37,417 nucleotides of DNA from a virus (lineage: Duplodnaviria > Caudoviricetes): positions 1-37,417 of IMG/VR virus record IMGVR_UViG_3300030059_003705, one strand, 5' to 3'. The notes under the pieces were generated by a model that saw only the letters and a list, made by a program, of their open reading frames with translations, ran no database searches and was not told the DNA's origin. Numbering within the stretch: the first letter of the stretch is position 1; each line of letters starts with the position of its first letter. Below are positions 1 to 7,973 of the stretch, piece after piece. A program made the position numbers and the translations under genes.

Positions 1-1179
1 ATGGGAACTTTGACAGCTACGAAGGTCGAAAAACTAAAACCAGATGAGAAAGACTACCGATTGCATGATGGGAATGGTTTGTATTTGGTGGTGAGAAAAA
101 CAGGTACAAAAACGTTTATGCATCGCATACGCAAGCCCCGCGATACGTTCCAAAAAATCGGGAATTATCCTGCTGTTTCATTAGCTGAAGCACGTGCATT
201 TGTCACAGCAAAACAGCTTAAGAAAGATCAAGTAGAATCAGCAATTGATCGTGTAGATGAGAAATTTTGCGATGTAGCTTACGCTTGGGCAGATAGCATT
301 AAAGGTAATTACTCACAAGAACATAATCGAAAACTACGCGTAGCGTTAGAAAATGATATTAATCCGTACATCGGCAACAAGCATATTGCTGCTGTTACAT
401 CGAAAGACATATATAAGATTCTGAAACCAATTGAAGATCGTGATGCCAAACATATGGCAATAAAAATAAAAGGGTGGTTGCATGCAATATTTAAGTATGC
501 AATTCGTAATTTGAATTGTGAAAATGATCCCACGCTTGCGGTTGATGTAGCAAGACCAAAACCCATTCAACATTCAGTTGCACTGTCAGACGCACAGTTG
601 AAAAGACTGTTCAATGAGTTCGAAAATTCAACTGTGCAGCATCGCACGAAGATAGCAAATCGATTGTTAGTCTTGACAATGCTGCGTACTGCTGAGCTAT
701 TCAAAACGAAATATAGCGATATCGATTTTGATAAGAAAATTTTGGTTATCGGACGAGAACGCATGAAACGCGGCATCGCCCATGTAGTTCCATTATCTGA
801 TTATGCTATAGAATTATTTAATGAAATGAGGCAGTTTTCTGGTGATAGTGAATATGTATTTCCACACCCAAAAGATAAAAATAAAAACATGAGTTTGACT
901 ACTGTATATGCTGCTGTATTAGTAACACGACCTTGGTTGCGTGACTTAAAATTCAGTCCGCACGGTTATAGAGCGACATCAAGTACAATGCTAAATCAGT
1001 GGGGTTATAGATCAGATATCATTGAAAAGCAGTTGGCACATTCATCATCAGACAAAGTGCGGGGTAGTTATAATCATGCTGATTATCTGGATGAACGTCG
1101 GGTGATGTTGCAAACGTGGAGCGATTACATTCAAGATATAGTCAAGAAAGCAACACCAAAAATAATCAATTCTAATTAA
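1..1179 (+). CDS. int: P4-family tyrosine integrase with N-terminal arm-binding domain
   Basis: N-terminal LHDGNGLYLVV...IGNYPAVSLAEAR arm-binding motif; catalytic residues in MLRTAE, HGYR, QLAH and SYNHADY. Confidence 0.96.
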   Translation: MGTLTATKVEKLKPDEKDYRLHDGNGLYLVVRKTGTKTFMHRIRKPRDTFQKIGNYPAVSLAEARAFVTAKQLKKDQVESAIDRVDEKFCDVAYAWADSIKGNYSQEHNRKLRVALENDINPYIGNKHIAAVTSKDIYKILKPIEDRDAKHMAIKIKGWLHAIFKYAIRNLNCENDPTLAVDVARPKPIQHSVALSDAQLKRLFNEFENSTVQHRTKIANRLLVLTMLRTAELFKTKYSDIDFDKKILVIGRERMKRGIAHVVPLSDYAIELFNEMRQFSGDSEYVFPHPKDKNKNMSLTTVYAAVLVTRPWLRDLKFSPHGYRATSSTMLNQWGYRSDIIEKQLAHSSSDKVRGSYNHADYLDERRVMLQTWSDYIQDIVKKATPKIINSN

Positions 1180-1181
1180 CA

Positions 1182-1209
1182 GAAAATGCCCCAATATTGG
1201 GGCATTTTC
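1182..1209. terminator. Bidirectional terminator between convergent int and excisionase genes; member of the GCCCC/GGGGC hairpin family
   Basis: Perfect 28-bp palindrome GAAAATGCCCCAATATTGGGGCATTTTC. Confidence 0.85.
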
Positions 1210-1262
1210 ATTTGTAAGTATCCACTATTATATCCATCCACTAAATTTTACAAGATACTACG

Positions 1263-1448
1263 TTACGCAGCTTTACGACTATTGATGTACTCTAAAATAT
1301 CATGCTTATTGAAACGCTTACCAAAACGAAAATCATAAATTTTCGGGAATTCGTCATCAGTTCTTACAAGACGATAAATTGTCGACCTGTGTACAGCAAG
1401 TAAATTCGCAGTTTCACTGACAGTTATTAGTTGAATGTCTTTATCCAT
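1263..1448 (-). CDS. AlpA/Xis-like helix-turn-helix protein, probable excisionase (recombination directionality factor)
   Basis: 61 aa; LITVSETANLLAVHRSTIYRLV...FPK pattern; adjacent to a P4-type integrase. Confidence 0.82.
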   Translation of the reverse strand: MDKDIQLITVSETANLLAVHRSTIYRLVRTDDEFPKIYDFRFGKRFNKHDILEYINSRKAA

Positions 1449-1476
1449 AAATTTACCATTAATTTACAAAATCTTA

Positions 1477-1989
1477 TTAAGTGTATGCGTAAGCTAGTTC
1501 CGTAAATTTAGGCGAAGCAGATAGATGATTTTCCAGTGTCGATAAGCTAGCTATGATCTTGCCTTTGACATCAAAGTCAATTTCAAGAATGTCTTTTACA
1601 AAGGCTTCAAATATTGGTTCAATGATAAGTGAAGAGTTATCATTATTGTAGGAATGTATACTAGTATTTAAAAGTCTTACAGTATGCGTTTCGTCATTGT
1701 CGATATTAATATTTGCAGGTATTGATATTTGTATTGTTAATCCTAAATATTTGTTGGTTAAAGTGCACTTAAAGTTATAATTGTAATTACTGGTATCCAT
1801 AGTTGAGGCATCATATTCAATTAACTTCATGTGGGTTGCTTGAAAATTTTCCAGTGATAATATCTGATCAATATCGCAAGTGCTAAAGACAGTCTTGTTC
1901 AAGTGTGGCTTGGATGCATGCGCATCATGATTTTTGTAAATATCGTATGCGCGGTTAATAATTTCTGCTTTTTTTGGATTAGTATTCAT
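1477..1989 (-). CDS. Hypothetical phage protein (170 aa), probably co-transcribed with the excisionase
   Basis: Long ORF with GGAG Shine-Dalgarno (1997-2000, minus strand); no recognisable motif. Confidence 0.7.
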   Translation of the reverse strand: MNTNPKKAEIINRAYDIYKNHDAHASKPHLNKTVFSTCDIDQILSLENFQATHMKLIEYDASTMDTSNYNYNFKCTLTNKYLGLTIQISIPANINIDNDETHTVRLLNTSIHSYNNDNSSLIIEPIFEAFVKDILEIDFDVKGKIIASLSTLENHLSASPKFTELAYAYT

Positions 1990-2048
1990 TATGTTGCTCC
2001 AGTCGTTTATAAAAATTGGTGTTTCACAGTGTTGCTAAGTGAAGCGAC

Positions 2049-2076
2049 AGTTTACCAGTAGAATTAAATACGTCAA
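2049..2076 (-). promoter_or_regulatory. Putative sigma70 promoter for the 170-aa/excisionase operon
   Basis: Minus strand TTGACG-N16-TAAACT with an extended -10 TG. Confidence 0.5.
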
Positions 2077-2135
2077 CATATGAAAGTTAGGTATAATTTG
2101 TCAGCGCAGAAAGTTTATTAAATAGCCCTAAGAAC

Positions 2136-2654
2136 ATGGGGCTTTCAATAATGAATAAGAATAAATTAAATAATCAAAAAACTGCTGGTATTGATCAATC
2201 AATGACAAAAACAGGAGTCGTAATATTCGATAATGATTCTCAAGCGATGATTCATCATGAAATTATAGAGACGAAATTGAACAAAGTAGACGCGCTAGAC
2301 AGCTTCAAGCGTGTAGCAGAAATCGCTAGCAGAATAGAATTTCTGTGCGACCTGTACAGCGTCGAGACTGTGCGTATAGAGGGGCTTAGTTATGGCAGTG
2401 TAGGACAAGCCACGCGCACGCTAGCAGGCCTTCACTATGTGATAGTAGATCGTTTGATCCATGCCAGTATAGATGTAGCTGTAATCGCACCTACTGCGCT
2501 TAAAAAAGCCGCAACGCGCAGTGGTAGGGCTGATAAACAACAGATGCTTGAAGCAGTACCTGAAGATGATCGTGAACAATTGTCAAAATACGGGAAAACG
2601 AAGGGCCGATACGATCTTGCTGATGCATATCACCTTGCTTGTATTAATTTTTGA
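2136..2654 (+). CDS. RuvC-like Holliday junction resolvase (start may be 2151)
   Basis: RNase H-fold acidic motifs AGIDQSMTKTG, IEGLSYG, APTALKKAATRSGRADK, DLADAY. Confidence 0.85.
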   Translation: MGLSIMNKNKLNNQKTAGIDQSMTKTGVVIFDNDSQAMIHHEIIETKLNKVDALDSFKRVAEIASRIEFLCDLYSVETVRIEGLSYGSVGQATRTLAGLHYVIVDRLIHASIDVAVIAPTALKKAATRSGRADKQQMLEAVPEDDREQLSKYGKTKGRYDLADAYHLACINF

Positions 2655-2706
2655 TATTAATATCAAACGTGTGATTGAAATTAATTCAAAATGATAAGGT
2701 GAGCAA

Positions 2707-3087
2707 ATGTCAGTATTAAGCAATTATATGGAAAAAGAAAAGCTGTTGAAGCAGCTTCAAGAAGAGCTTCAAGCGCTTGAAAATAACAAGGAACTGAAAC
2801 AAGAATTAGAATTTAAAGACCGCTTAACAGCGCTCATGACGGAATATGGCAAAGTTTCCCGTGATGTATGCGAAATGCTAGACCCCACATACACAGCATC
2901 CAAGGGCGGCAAGAAAGCTACAAGCGCTGACGATGGACGCAAGAAACGTACATTGAAAGTGTACAAGAACCCACATACTGGTGAAGTCGTTGAAACGCGT
3001 GGCGGTAACAACAAGACCATCCAGCACTGGAAGGCCGAGCATGGTAATGAAGAGGTTGTATCCTGGGTAGTTGATGAAAAGCCTTAA
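2707..3087 (+). CDS. MvaT/MvaU-family H-NS-like nucleoid protein (xenogeneic silencer)
   Basis: N-terminal coiled coil plus C-terminal RKKRTLKVYKNPHTGEVVETRGGNNKTIQHWKAEHG typical of MvaT; AAGG(T)GAG SD. Confidence 0.9.
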   Translation: MSVLSNYMEKEKLLKQLQEELQALENNKELKQELEFKDRLTALMTEYGKVSRDVCEMLDPTYTASKGGKKATSADDGRKKRTLKVYKNPHTGEVVETRGGNNKTIQHWKAEHGNEEVVSWVVDEKP

Positions 3088-3099
3088 TAGCAAGATGAG

Positions 3100-3124
3100 A
3101 ATGCCCCTTAATTGGGGCATTTTT
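3100..3124 (+). terminator. Intrinsic terminator after the MvaT gene (hairpin family)
   Basis: AATGCCCC-TTAATT-GGGGCATT followed by a T run. Confidence 0.8.
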
Positions 3125-3150
3125 ATGTATATCACTAGAAGGTAAGAAAC

Positions 3151-3861
3151 GTGATACCTAGATACAGAATAGGCATTATCAAATTCTTTAGGAATGAAGA
3201 GTTTCTGGATGATTTGATAAAAGGTATGTTCTATTGTAATACACCTGAATTTTATCGTCTTTCTAAAGCTGAAGGAGTGTCTGACCTAAATGAATCATGT
3301 ATGCATTCTTACCGTATGGGGCGTGACGAATTTCCACCTGAAATAATAATAAATGGAATAAAGTTAACTGGTCTATCTTTAACTGCTACAACAATACAGA
3401 TAGGCGGACAAAAGGACAAATGGTTGCATTGCTGGTTTGCACTTGACATAGTGGATAATTCTGAGTATTTAAGAACCTTAATTCAGGATGTCAATAAGAT
3501 AAGAAATGAATTTGGTAGTAATTATGCATTTATCTTAAGGAGAGATATTCCTGAATTAGTTAGAAGATTAAGCACAAAAACAGACCTAGAAATAAATTAT
3601 GGGAAAGTTAAATATTCAAAAAATAGAACAGACTGGGGATGTGCTTGCAAATCTGATGTTTATGAATATCAGCGAGAATTTAGGTTTTTATTAGGAGAAT
3701 GTGAGCATACAAACATAGAATGTAAGAAGGTAAGATACGAAGAAGGTTTTGAAGACATAGTTCACAAAAATAAAAAGATAAGTATAACTGATAATGAAAG
3801 TAATATTGTCCAGTTCTTTTTAAGCAAAGATGAATGCTATAGTTGTGAAGATTATGACTGA
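3151..3861 (+). CDS. Accessory protein (236 aa), DUF2971-like / possible ADP-ribosyltransferase fold; candidate defence gene
   Basis: GTG start with AAGG upstream; motifs IKFF...YCNT..FYR...SD.NE and KSDVYEYQREFRF resemble the K-x3-(W/Y)xY(E/Q)xExR signature. Confidence 0.55.
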   Translation: MIPRYRIGIIKFFRNEEFLDDLIKGMFYCNTPEFYRLSKAEGVSDLNESCMHSYRMGRDEFPPEIIINGIKLTGLSLTATTIQIGGQKDKWLHCWFALDIVDNSEYLRTLIQDVNKIRNEFGSNYAFILRRDIPELVRRLSTKTDLEINYGKVKYSKNRTDWGCACKSDVYEYQREFRFLLGECEHTNIECKKVRYEEGFEDIVHKNKKISITDNESNIVQFFLSKDECYSCEDYD

Positions 3862-3891
3862 TTTAAAAGTAATAAGGAACAAGGGGAATTT

Positions 3892-5667
3892 ATGGATAAT
3901 TGCTATGGATTTATATGTTTAGTACCATTTGAAGAAAATTCTACCAAATTCTTTGGATTCTCTGAACTTTTAGCTGGTCTTGCTCTGATGGTGTTAGCGT
4001 GGACAACTGCTGACGCACGTTATAAGTTTCGAATCAATACAGCGCCGTTACCACTTCAGGGAATTACATTTACGGTAGTCGGAGCAGTAGGGATTTTAAC
4101 ACTATTAACAGACTTATGGCGAGCAGAGCAATGGTATGTGCTGGAAGGTGTTTACGTAACATCTTCAGTATGGCAAGCAATACTAGGGAGTCTGTTTTTA
4201 ACAACATTTCTAACCTGGGCATGGTTCGCGTTTATTCGCCCACCGATCTATGGTAAGCGAAATTGCAAGCGATATTCAAAGACACTCTATAGAGCAATTC
4301 TTAAAGGAGACCCAATCGAACTAGCCATTATTGCAGATGAATTGACATATTCGGCAGAATCTTTAATTCACTATGCTACGAATAAAGACGAATATTCAAG
4401 TTTTAAAAGAATCAAAAAAGAAAAATCTTCATCTTTAAACACTAAACCACATCAAGTTACAACTGTTGCTGATGATATTTTACTTTTGATAGGGGATAAG
4501 AGATTTTGTCATGCCATTGTTGAATCATCACCAGTTACAGCATTAGCATTTTTTGAGCAGATTGGCGATACCGAGAAGTATGGTGTAAACATAAGGATTT
4601 TTGGACGAAATATACTAAATGAGGCATTGTTGAATAAAAATTCTTTTCTATACCATGAAACCGAAGTTTATGAATCAGGTTTAATTGGTTATCACAAACC
4701 ATTAAGCCAAGCTATGTTTTCAAATCATAAAATGGTTGAAAGGATTGGAACACTTTTAGACCCGAATCCATGGAGTAGCGATAAATGGGATTCTGATCAA
4801 TGGAAGTGTTATTGTCGTATTACCCTTATGACCTTAACAGACTATGTAGAAAATAGTTTTTGGGATCATTCAGCAGTGCTTTATAGTGCTAAAATGCACA
4901 TTGAAAGTGCTACATCAGATTTATACAAAATTAATGGTGTTACAAGTATATCTTGGCATGACAATACATTGTCGTGTTTGCGTGTTGTCGTACATTTCAT
5001 TAAAGATGCAGTAAAAATTCTAGATCAGAGAGGTGTTCCCGAATACTTAGTTTTACGAATTCGAGAAGAATACAGAAATGAAACATTCTATGATTATCTA
5101 GCAGAAATGATTTATAACGTTATTCATTCGGCTTCAATGGTACGATCACCTGTAAGCCAATGTTGGTGGATACAGCATAATTCGGTATGGGGTGAATTTT
5201 TCAACCTTATGAAAATGAATGGAGAAGCTGCAAAAATAGTTAGATTTAAAGTTCGACGTCTAATTTACAATGAGATTTTTCAAATGAAAGAATTTCCGAA
5301 CTTTAAGGGGGCTAGGATTTTAGGGTTTTGCTTGAATGTGCTAGGGCTTACGGTGAAAGAGCAGAATATTTTTCATGAAGGCAAAGCTCTTCATAAAGCG
5401 GTGCTGTCATGGACAAAGAAAAATTATGCATGGTTACATTCATACAATCCAAATGTTGCTGAGGCTTGTTTAGTCGAAGGTTTTACCTATGATGCTATTA
5501 ACAGAAGGATAATTAAAACGTATCCTGCTGAGGGCTTAAGACGTGAGCCAAAGTATGTGTACTTTTATGTTGATACCCCTGAAGGGGAAGACGCAAGAAA
5601 AAGAGTGCCAAGCATGTCCAGTATCTTAAAACTATGGGCTTCACAGGTTCGCTCATCGACCAAATAA
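3892..5667 (+). CDS. Accessory membrane protein (591 aa): three N-terminal transmembrane segments plus a large soluble domain
   Basis: Hydrophobic stretches FFGFSELLAGLALMVLAW, ITFTVVGAVGILTLL, VWQAILGSLFLTTFLTWAWFAFI; AGGGG SD; function unknown. Confidence 0.75.
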   Translation: MDNCYGFICLVPFEENSTKFFGFSELLAGLALMVLAWTTADARYKFRINTAPLPLQGITFTVVGAVGILTLLTDLWRAEQWYVLEGVYVTSSVWQAILGSLFLTTFLTWAWFAFIRPPIYGKRNCKRYSKTLYRAILKGDPIELAIIADELTYSAESLIHYATNKDEYSSFKRIKKEKSSSLNTKPHQVTTVADDILLLIGDKRFCHAIVESSPVTALAFFEQIGDTEKYGVNIRIFGRNILNEALLNKNSFLYHETEVYESGLIGYHKPLSQAMFSNHKMVERIGTLLDPNPWSSDKWDSDQWKCYCRITLMTLTDYVENSFWDHSAVLYSAKMHIESATSDLYKINGVTSISWHDNTLSCLRVVVHFIKDAVKILDQRGVPEYLVLRIREEYRNETFYDYLAEMIYNVIHSASMVRSPVSQCWWIQHNSVWGEFFNLMKMNGEAAKIVRFKVRRLIYNEIFQMKEFPNFKGARILGFCLNVLGLTVKEQNIFHEGKALHKAVLSWTKKNYAWLHSYNPNVAEACLVEGFTYDAINRRIIKTYPAEGLRREPKYVYFYVDTPEGEDARKRVPSMSSILKLWASQVRSSTK

Positions 5668-5768
5668 ATTAGGTCTGTCGGCATTTCTGCGTACGTGAGC
5701 CACAGCTCTACGGTATCATTGAGTGTCAGCCCAATTGTTGCACGTTGAATTTGTAAGCGAAAATCAAA
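5607..5768 (-). pseudogene. Decayed paralog of the 6652-6915 gene
   Basis: Minus-strand translation FDFRLQIQRATIGLTLNDTVELWLTYAEMP...DERTCEAH versus FDIRSQNQKIKIGLTPNDTIELWVTYAEMP...DERVWEAH (21/30 identical in the first block); in-frame TGA just upstream, no start. Confidence 0.85.
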
Positions 5769-5867
5769 CTTTCATTTGATAAAGTATTAAGCGTAGCGGA
5801 ATTTTATGGCTAAGAGCGAAAATAAAGTTGGTATAATTGAGTCACATAATGTTGAAGAGGATATTCA

Positions 5868-6623
5868 ATGGGACGCGCAAAAGAAGAAATGATGCGGCAA
5901 CAAGAGCTAGAGCCGTTTTATGAATGGTTAGAAGACAACTATGGTGATGATACACCGGAAGAAGATTCAGAAGAATGGGATATAGCATTTCAAGAATTTT
6001 GTGATTGTAAAGAACAGCAAGCAATCTATGAACTGGAAGACTATTACCGTTCAGAATACGAATGGTTGTTAAAGTCTAAATCACCGCATGGCAAATTTCT
6101 AAGAGAAATAAGGAATATTGGTAACTTATTAAATACTGTAACTGATAGTGAATCGTATTTTAGTTTACTAGTTATGTTGCATGCACATACAGTGGCATCG
6201 TTAGAAGCATATTTAGCAACAACATTTATTCAAAATGTAACACAATCTGATGCACTCATTAAAAAAACAATTGAAGCTGATGATAAGCTTTCAAAGCTTA
6301 AACTCACATTGAAACAATTTTACGATGAAGAAGAGAGCGTTAAAAAAATCGTTGCTAATCATTTGGGGAACTTAGTTTTTCATTACATGCCGTTGGTAAA
6401 ACCATTGTTTCAAAAAGTTTTAAATATTGATTTTGGAGAAATAGATTGGTTGATTAAAGCAGTAGAAACACGTCATGACTGTGTACATCGAGCAGGGTTA
6501 AATAAAGAGGGTGTGAGTATAGATTTAACTGTGCAATCTATACTAGAGCTAACACTTCATTCCAGTATTCTTGTTGAAAAAATTGAAAAAGAAATTGTAT
6601 ATGTAAAAGAGCTACCGTTTTAA
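5868..6623 (+). CDS. HEPN-domain protein (putative RNase) with acidic N-terminus; candidate defence moron
   Basis: RxxxxH motif RHDCVH and upstream VASLEAYL helix; own extended -10 TGGTATAAT (5829-5837), GAGG SD, terminator at 6632-6652. Confidence 0.72.
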   Translation: MGRAKEEMMRQQELEPFYEWLEDNYGDDTPEEDSEEWDIAFQEFCDCKEQQAIYELEDYYRSEYEWLLKSKSPHGKFLREIRNIGNLLNTVTDSESYFSLLVMLHAHTVASLEAYLATTFIQNVTQSDALIKKTIEADDKLSKLKLTLKQFYDEEESVKKIVANHLGNLVFHYMPLVKPLFQKVLNIDFGEIDWLIKAVETRHDCVHRAGLNKEGVSIDLTVQSILELTLHSSILVEKIEKEIVYVKELPF

Positions 6624-6631
6624 TAACTGAT

Positions 6632-6652
6632 AGCCCCTCAGTGGGGCTTTTT
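6632..6652. terminator. Terminator between convergent genes (hairpin family)
   Basis: AGCCCC-TCAGT-GGGGCT plus T run. Confidence 0.7.
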
Positions 6653-6915
6653 CAAGTTCTAAATTTATTATAGTGATCATTTAGTACTGCATAAATGTAT
6701 TGTCGATGAGCTTCCCATACACGCTCATCAAGATGATCAGCAACAACGCTGGGCATCTCTGCATATGTGACCCACAATTCAATCGTGTCGTTTGGTGTAA
6801 GCCCTATTTTAATTTTCTGATTTTGCGACCTAATATCAAACTGTACGTAAAAGCTTAAATCTTGCGCTTGACGTAGTGAATATGTGAATCTTTTCAAATT
6901 TTTAGGATTGCTCAT
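6652..6915 (-). CDS. Hypothetical phage protein (~87 aa, likely start MSNPK at 6915)
   Basis: Coding status supported by amino-acid-level conservation with the remnant at 5607-5768; the longer ORF start at 6993 lies inside a hairpin. Confidence 0.65.
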   Translation of the reverse strand: MSNPKNLKRFTYSLRQAQDLSFYVQFDIRSQNQKIKIGLTPNDTIELWVTYAEMPSVVADHLDERVWEAHRQYIYAVLNDHYNKFRT

Positions 6916-6968
6916 ACATAGCACACACATCAGAATTGATATTTCAGCATAGCAGGATTTGGACAAAT

Positions 6969-6996
6969 GAAAATGCCCCAAATTATGGGGCACTTC
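6969..6996 (-). terminator. Terminator downstream of the HNH gene (hairpin family)
   Basis: GAAAATGCCCCA-AATTA-TGGGGCACTTC. Confidence 0.7.
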
Positions 6997-7050
6997 ACGT
7001 TAAGGAGAAATTACAACTAAGCAACGACTGTGCAATCAGTCATTACATAG

Positions 7051-7608
7051 TTATTTATCATATAACGAAACAAGGTGTTTATTTTCTTCTAAAAACTCTG
7101 CCATGCTTTTTGAATTCTTTTGACGATTATGAGCTTTAAAAAGTGGTTGGATATTCTGCAAACTATGGACTTCATTCAAATCATATACTTGATTGTTGAT
7201 GCAAGTGTTGATAGATATCACATGATCAAGTTCCCACACTTCACCATAATTTTGAAATAACATATCACCCACAAATTTACTTTCTAGATGTGCTTTAAGA
7301 TCGTCAAGACTGTAGTCAACGTGATGAAAAGCGTTGACGATGCTATCAATGCCACTCTCGATGTTTAAGCGCTCCATGGCGCCCAACTGGCGATACATAG
7401 ACAAATATAGCTTATTCGTTAGCTTGTGGTCAATATTATGAAAATAGCGCTTCATATAGTCTTTGTTCTTAGTTCTATATTCAGCATTCTTGATTTTGCG
7501 ACAAGCTACACAACGATTTGAATTAATATAGCGTTCAAAAGTATGGCAGTTATTGCAAGCTGAAGTGTGTGTGAAAATTCGTGAATTGGTTTTAGTTGTA
7601 ATTGACAT
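7051..7608 (-). CDS. HNH-type endonuclease with N-terminal CxxC/CxxC zinc finger (homing-endonuclease-like)
   Basis: CNNC...CVAC; WELDHVISI...NIQPLFKAHNRQK; AGGAG SD. Confidence 0.8.
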   Translation of the reverse strand: MSITTKTNSRIFTHTSACNNCHTFERYINSNRCVACRKIKNAEYRTKNKDYMKRYFHNIDHKLTNKLYLSMYRQLGAMERLNIESGIDSIVNAFHHVDYSLDDLKAHLESKFVGDMLFQNYGEVWELDHVISINTCINNQVYDLNEVHSLQNIQPLFKAHNRQKNSKSMAEFLEENKHLVSLYDK

Positions 7609-7693
7609 GTGAGAACTCCTTTTTATCTCACACGTATTTATCTATTACTGAAAAAAGTACCTAATTTTATGCATTTTTTGACCATAATAAAGA

Positions 7694-7712
7694 AAGCCCC
7701 TTATCGGGGCTT
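7694..7712 (-). terminator. Terminator after the RHH-like gene (hairpin family)
   Basis: AAGCCCC-TTATC-GGGGCTT; TTTCTTT tail on the minus strand. Confidence 0.7.
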
Positions 7713-7732
7713 GTATGATTACCATTGAATTT

Positions 7733-7951
7733 TTATTTATGGTCTGGATATGTGTCTGGGTATTGTGCTTTAAAGTTACTCACGTAATCATTGATATTGT
7801 TCAAATCAACATTGTTTCTCATATATGAATCGATCATTGCTTGAATGATAATGCTTTGGGATACTTCATTTTGCTCAGCTACTTCATCTACAAAATCGCA
7901 ATGTGTCATATGTAATTTAACGCGACGTGTCATTCTCGGCTGATATATCAT
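7733..7951 (-). CDS. Small ribbon-helix-helix (CopG/Arc-like) DNA-binding protein, putative
   Basis: 72 aa; RMTRRVKL beta-strand then FVDEVAEQNEVSQSIIIQAMIDSY two-helix pattern; AAGGAG SD. Confidence 0.55.
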   Translation of the reverse strand: MIYQPRMTRRVKLHMTHCDFVDEVAEQNEVSQSIIIQAMIDSYMRNNVDLNNINDYVSNFKAQYPDTYPDHK

Positions 7952-7973
7952 TGTAATTATTCTCCTTGAGTTC

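Noticed and set aside
6916-7139. Upstream extension of ORF 6652-6993 and ORF 6936-7139
   Set aside because: Both cross a terminator hairpin, and the latter is antisense to the HNH gene end
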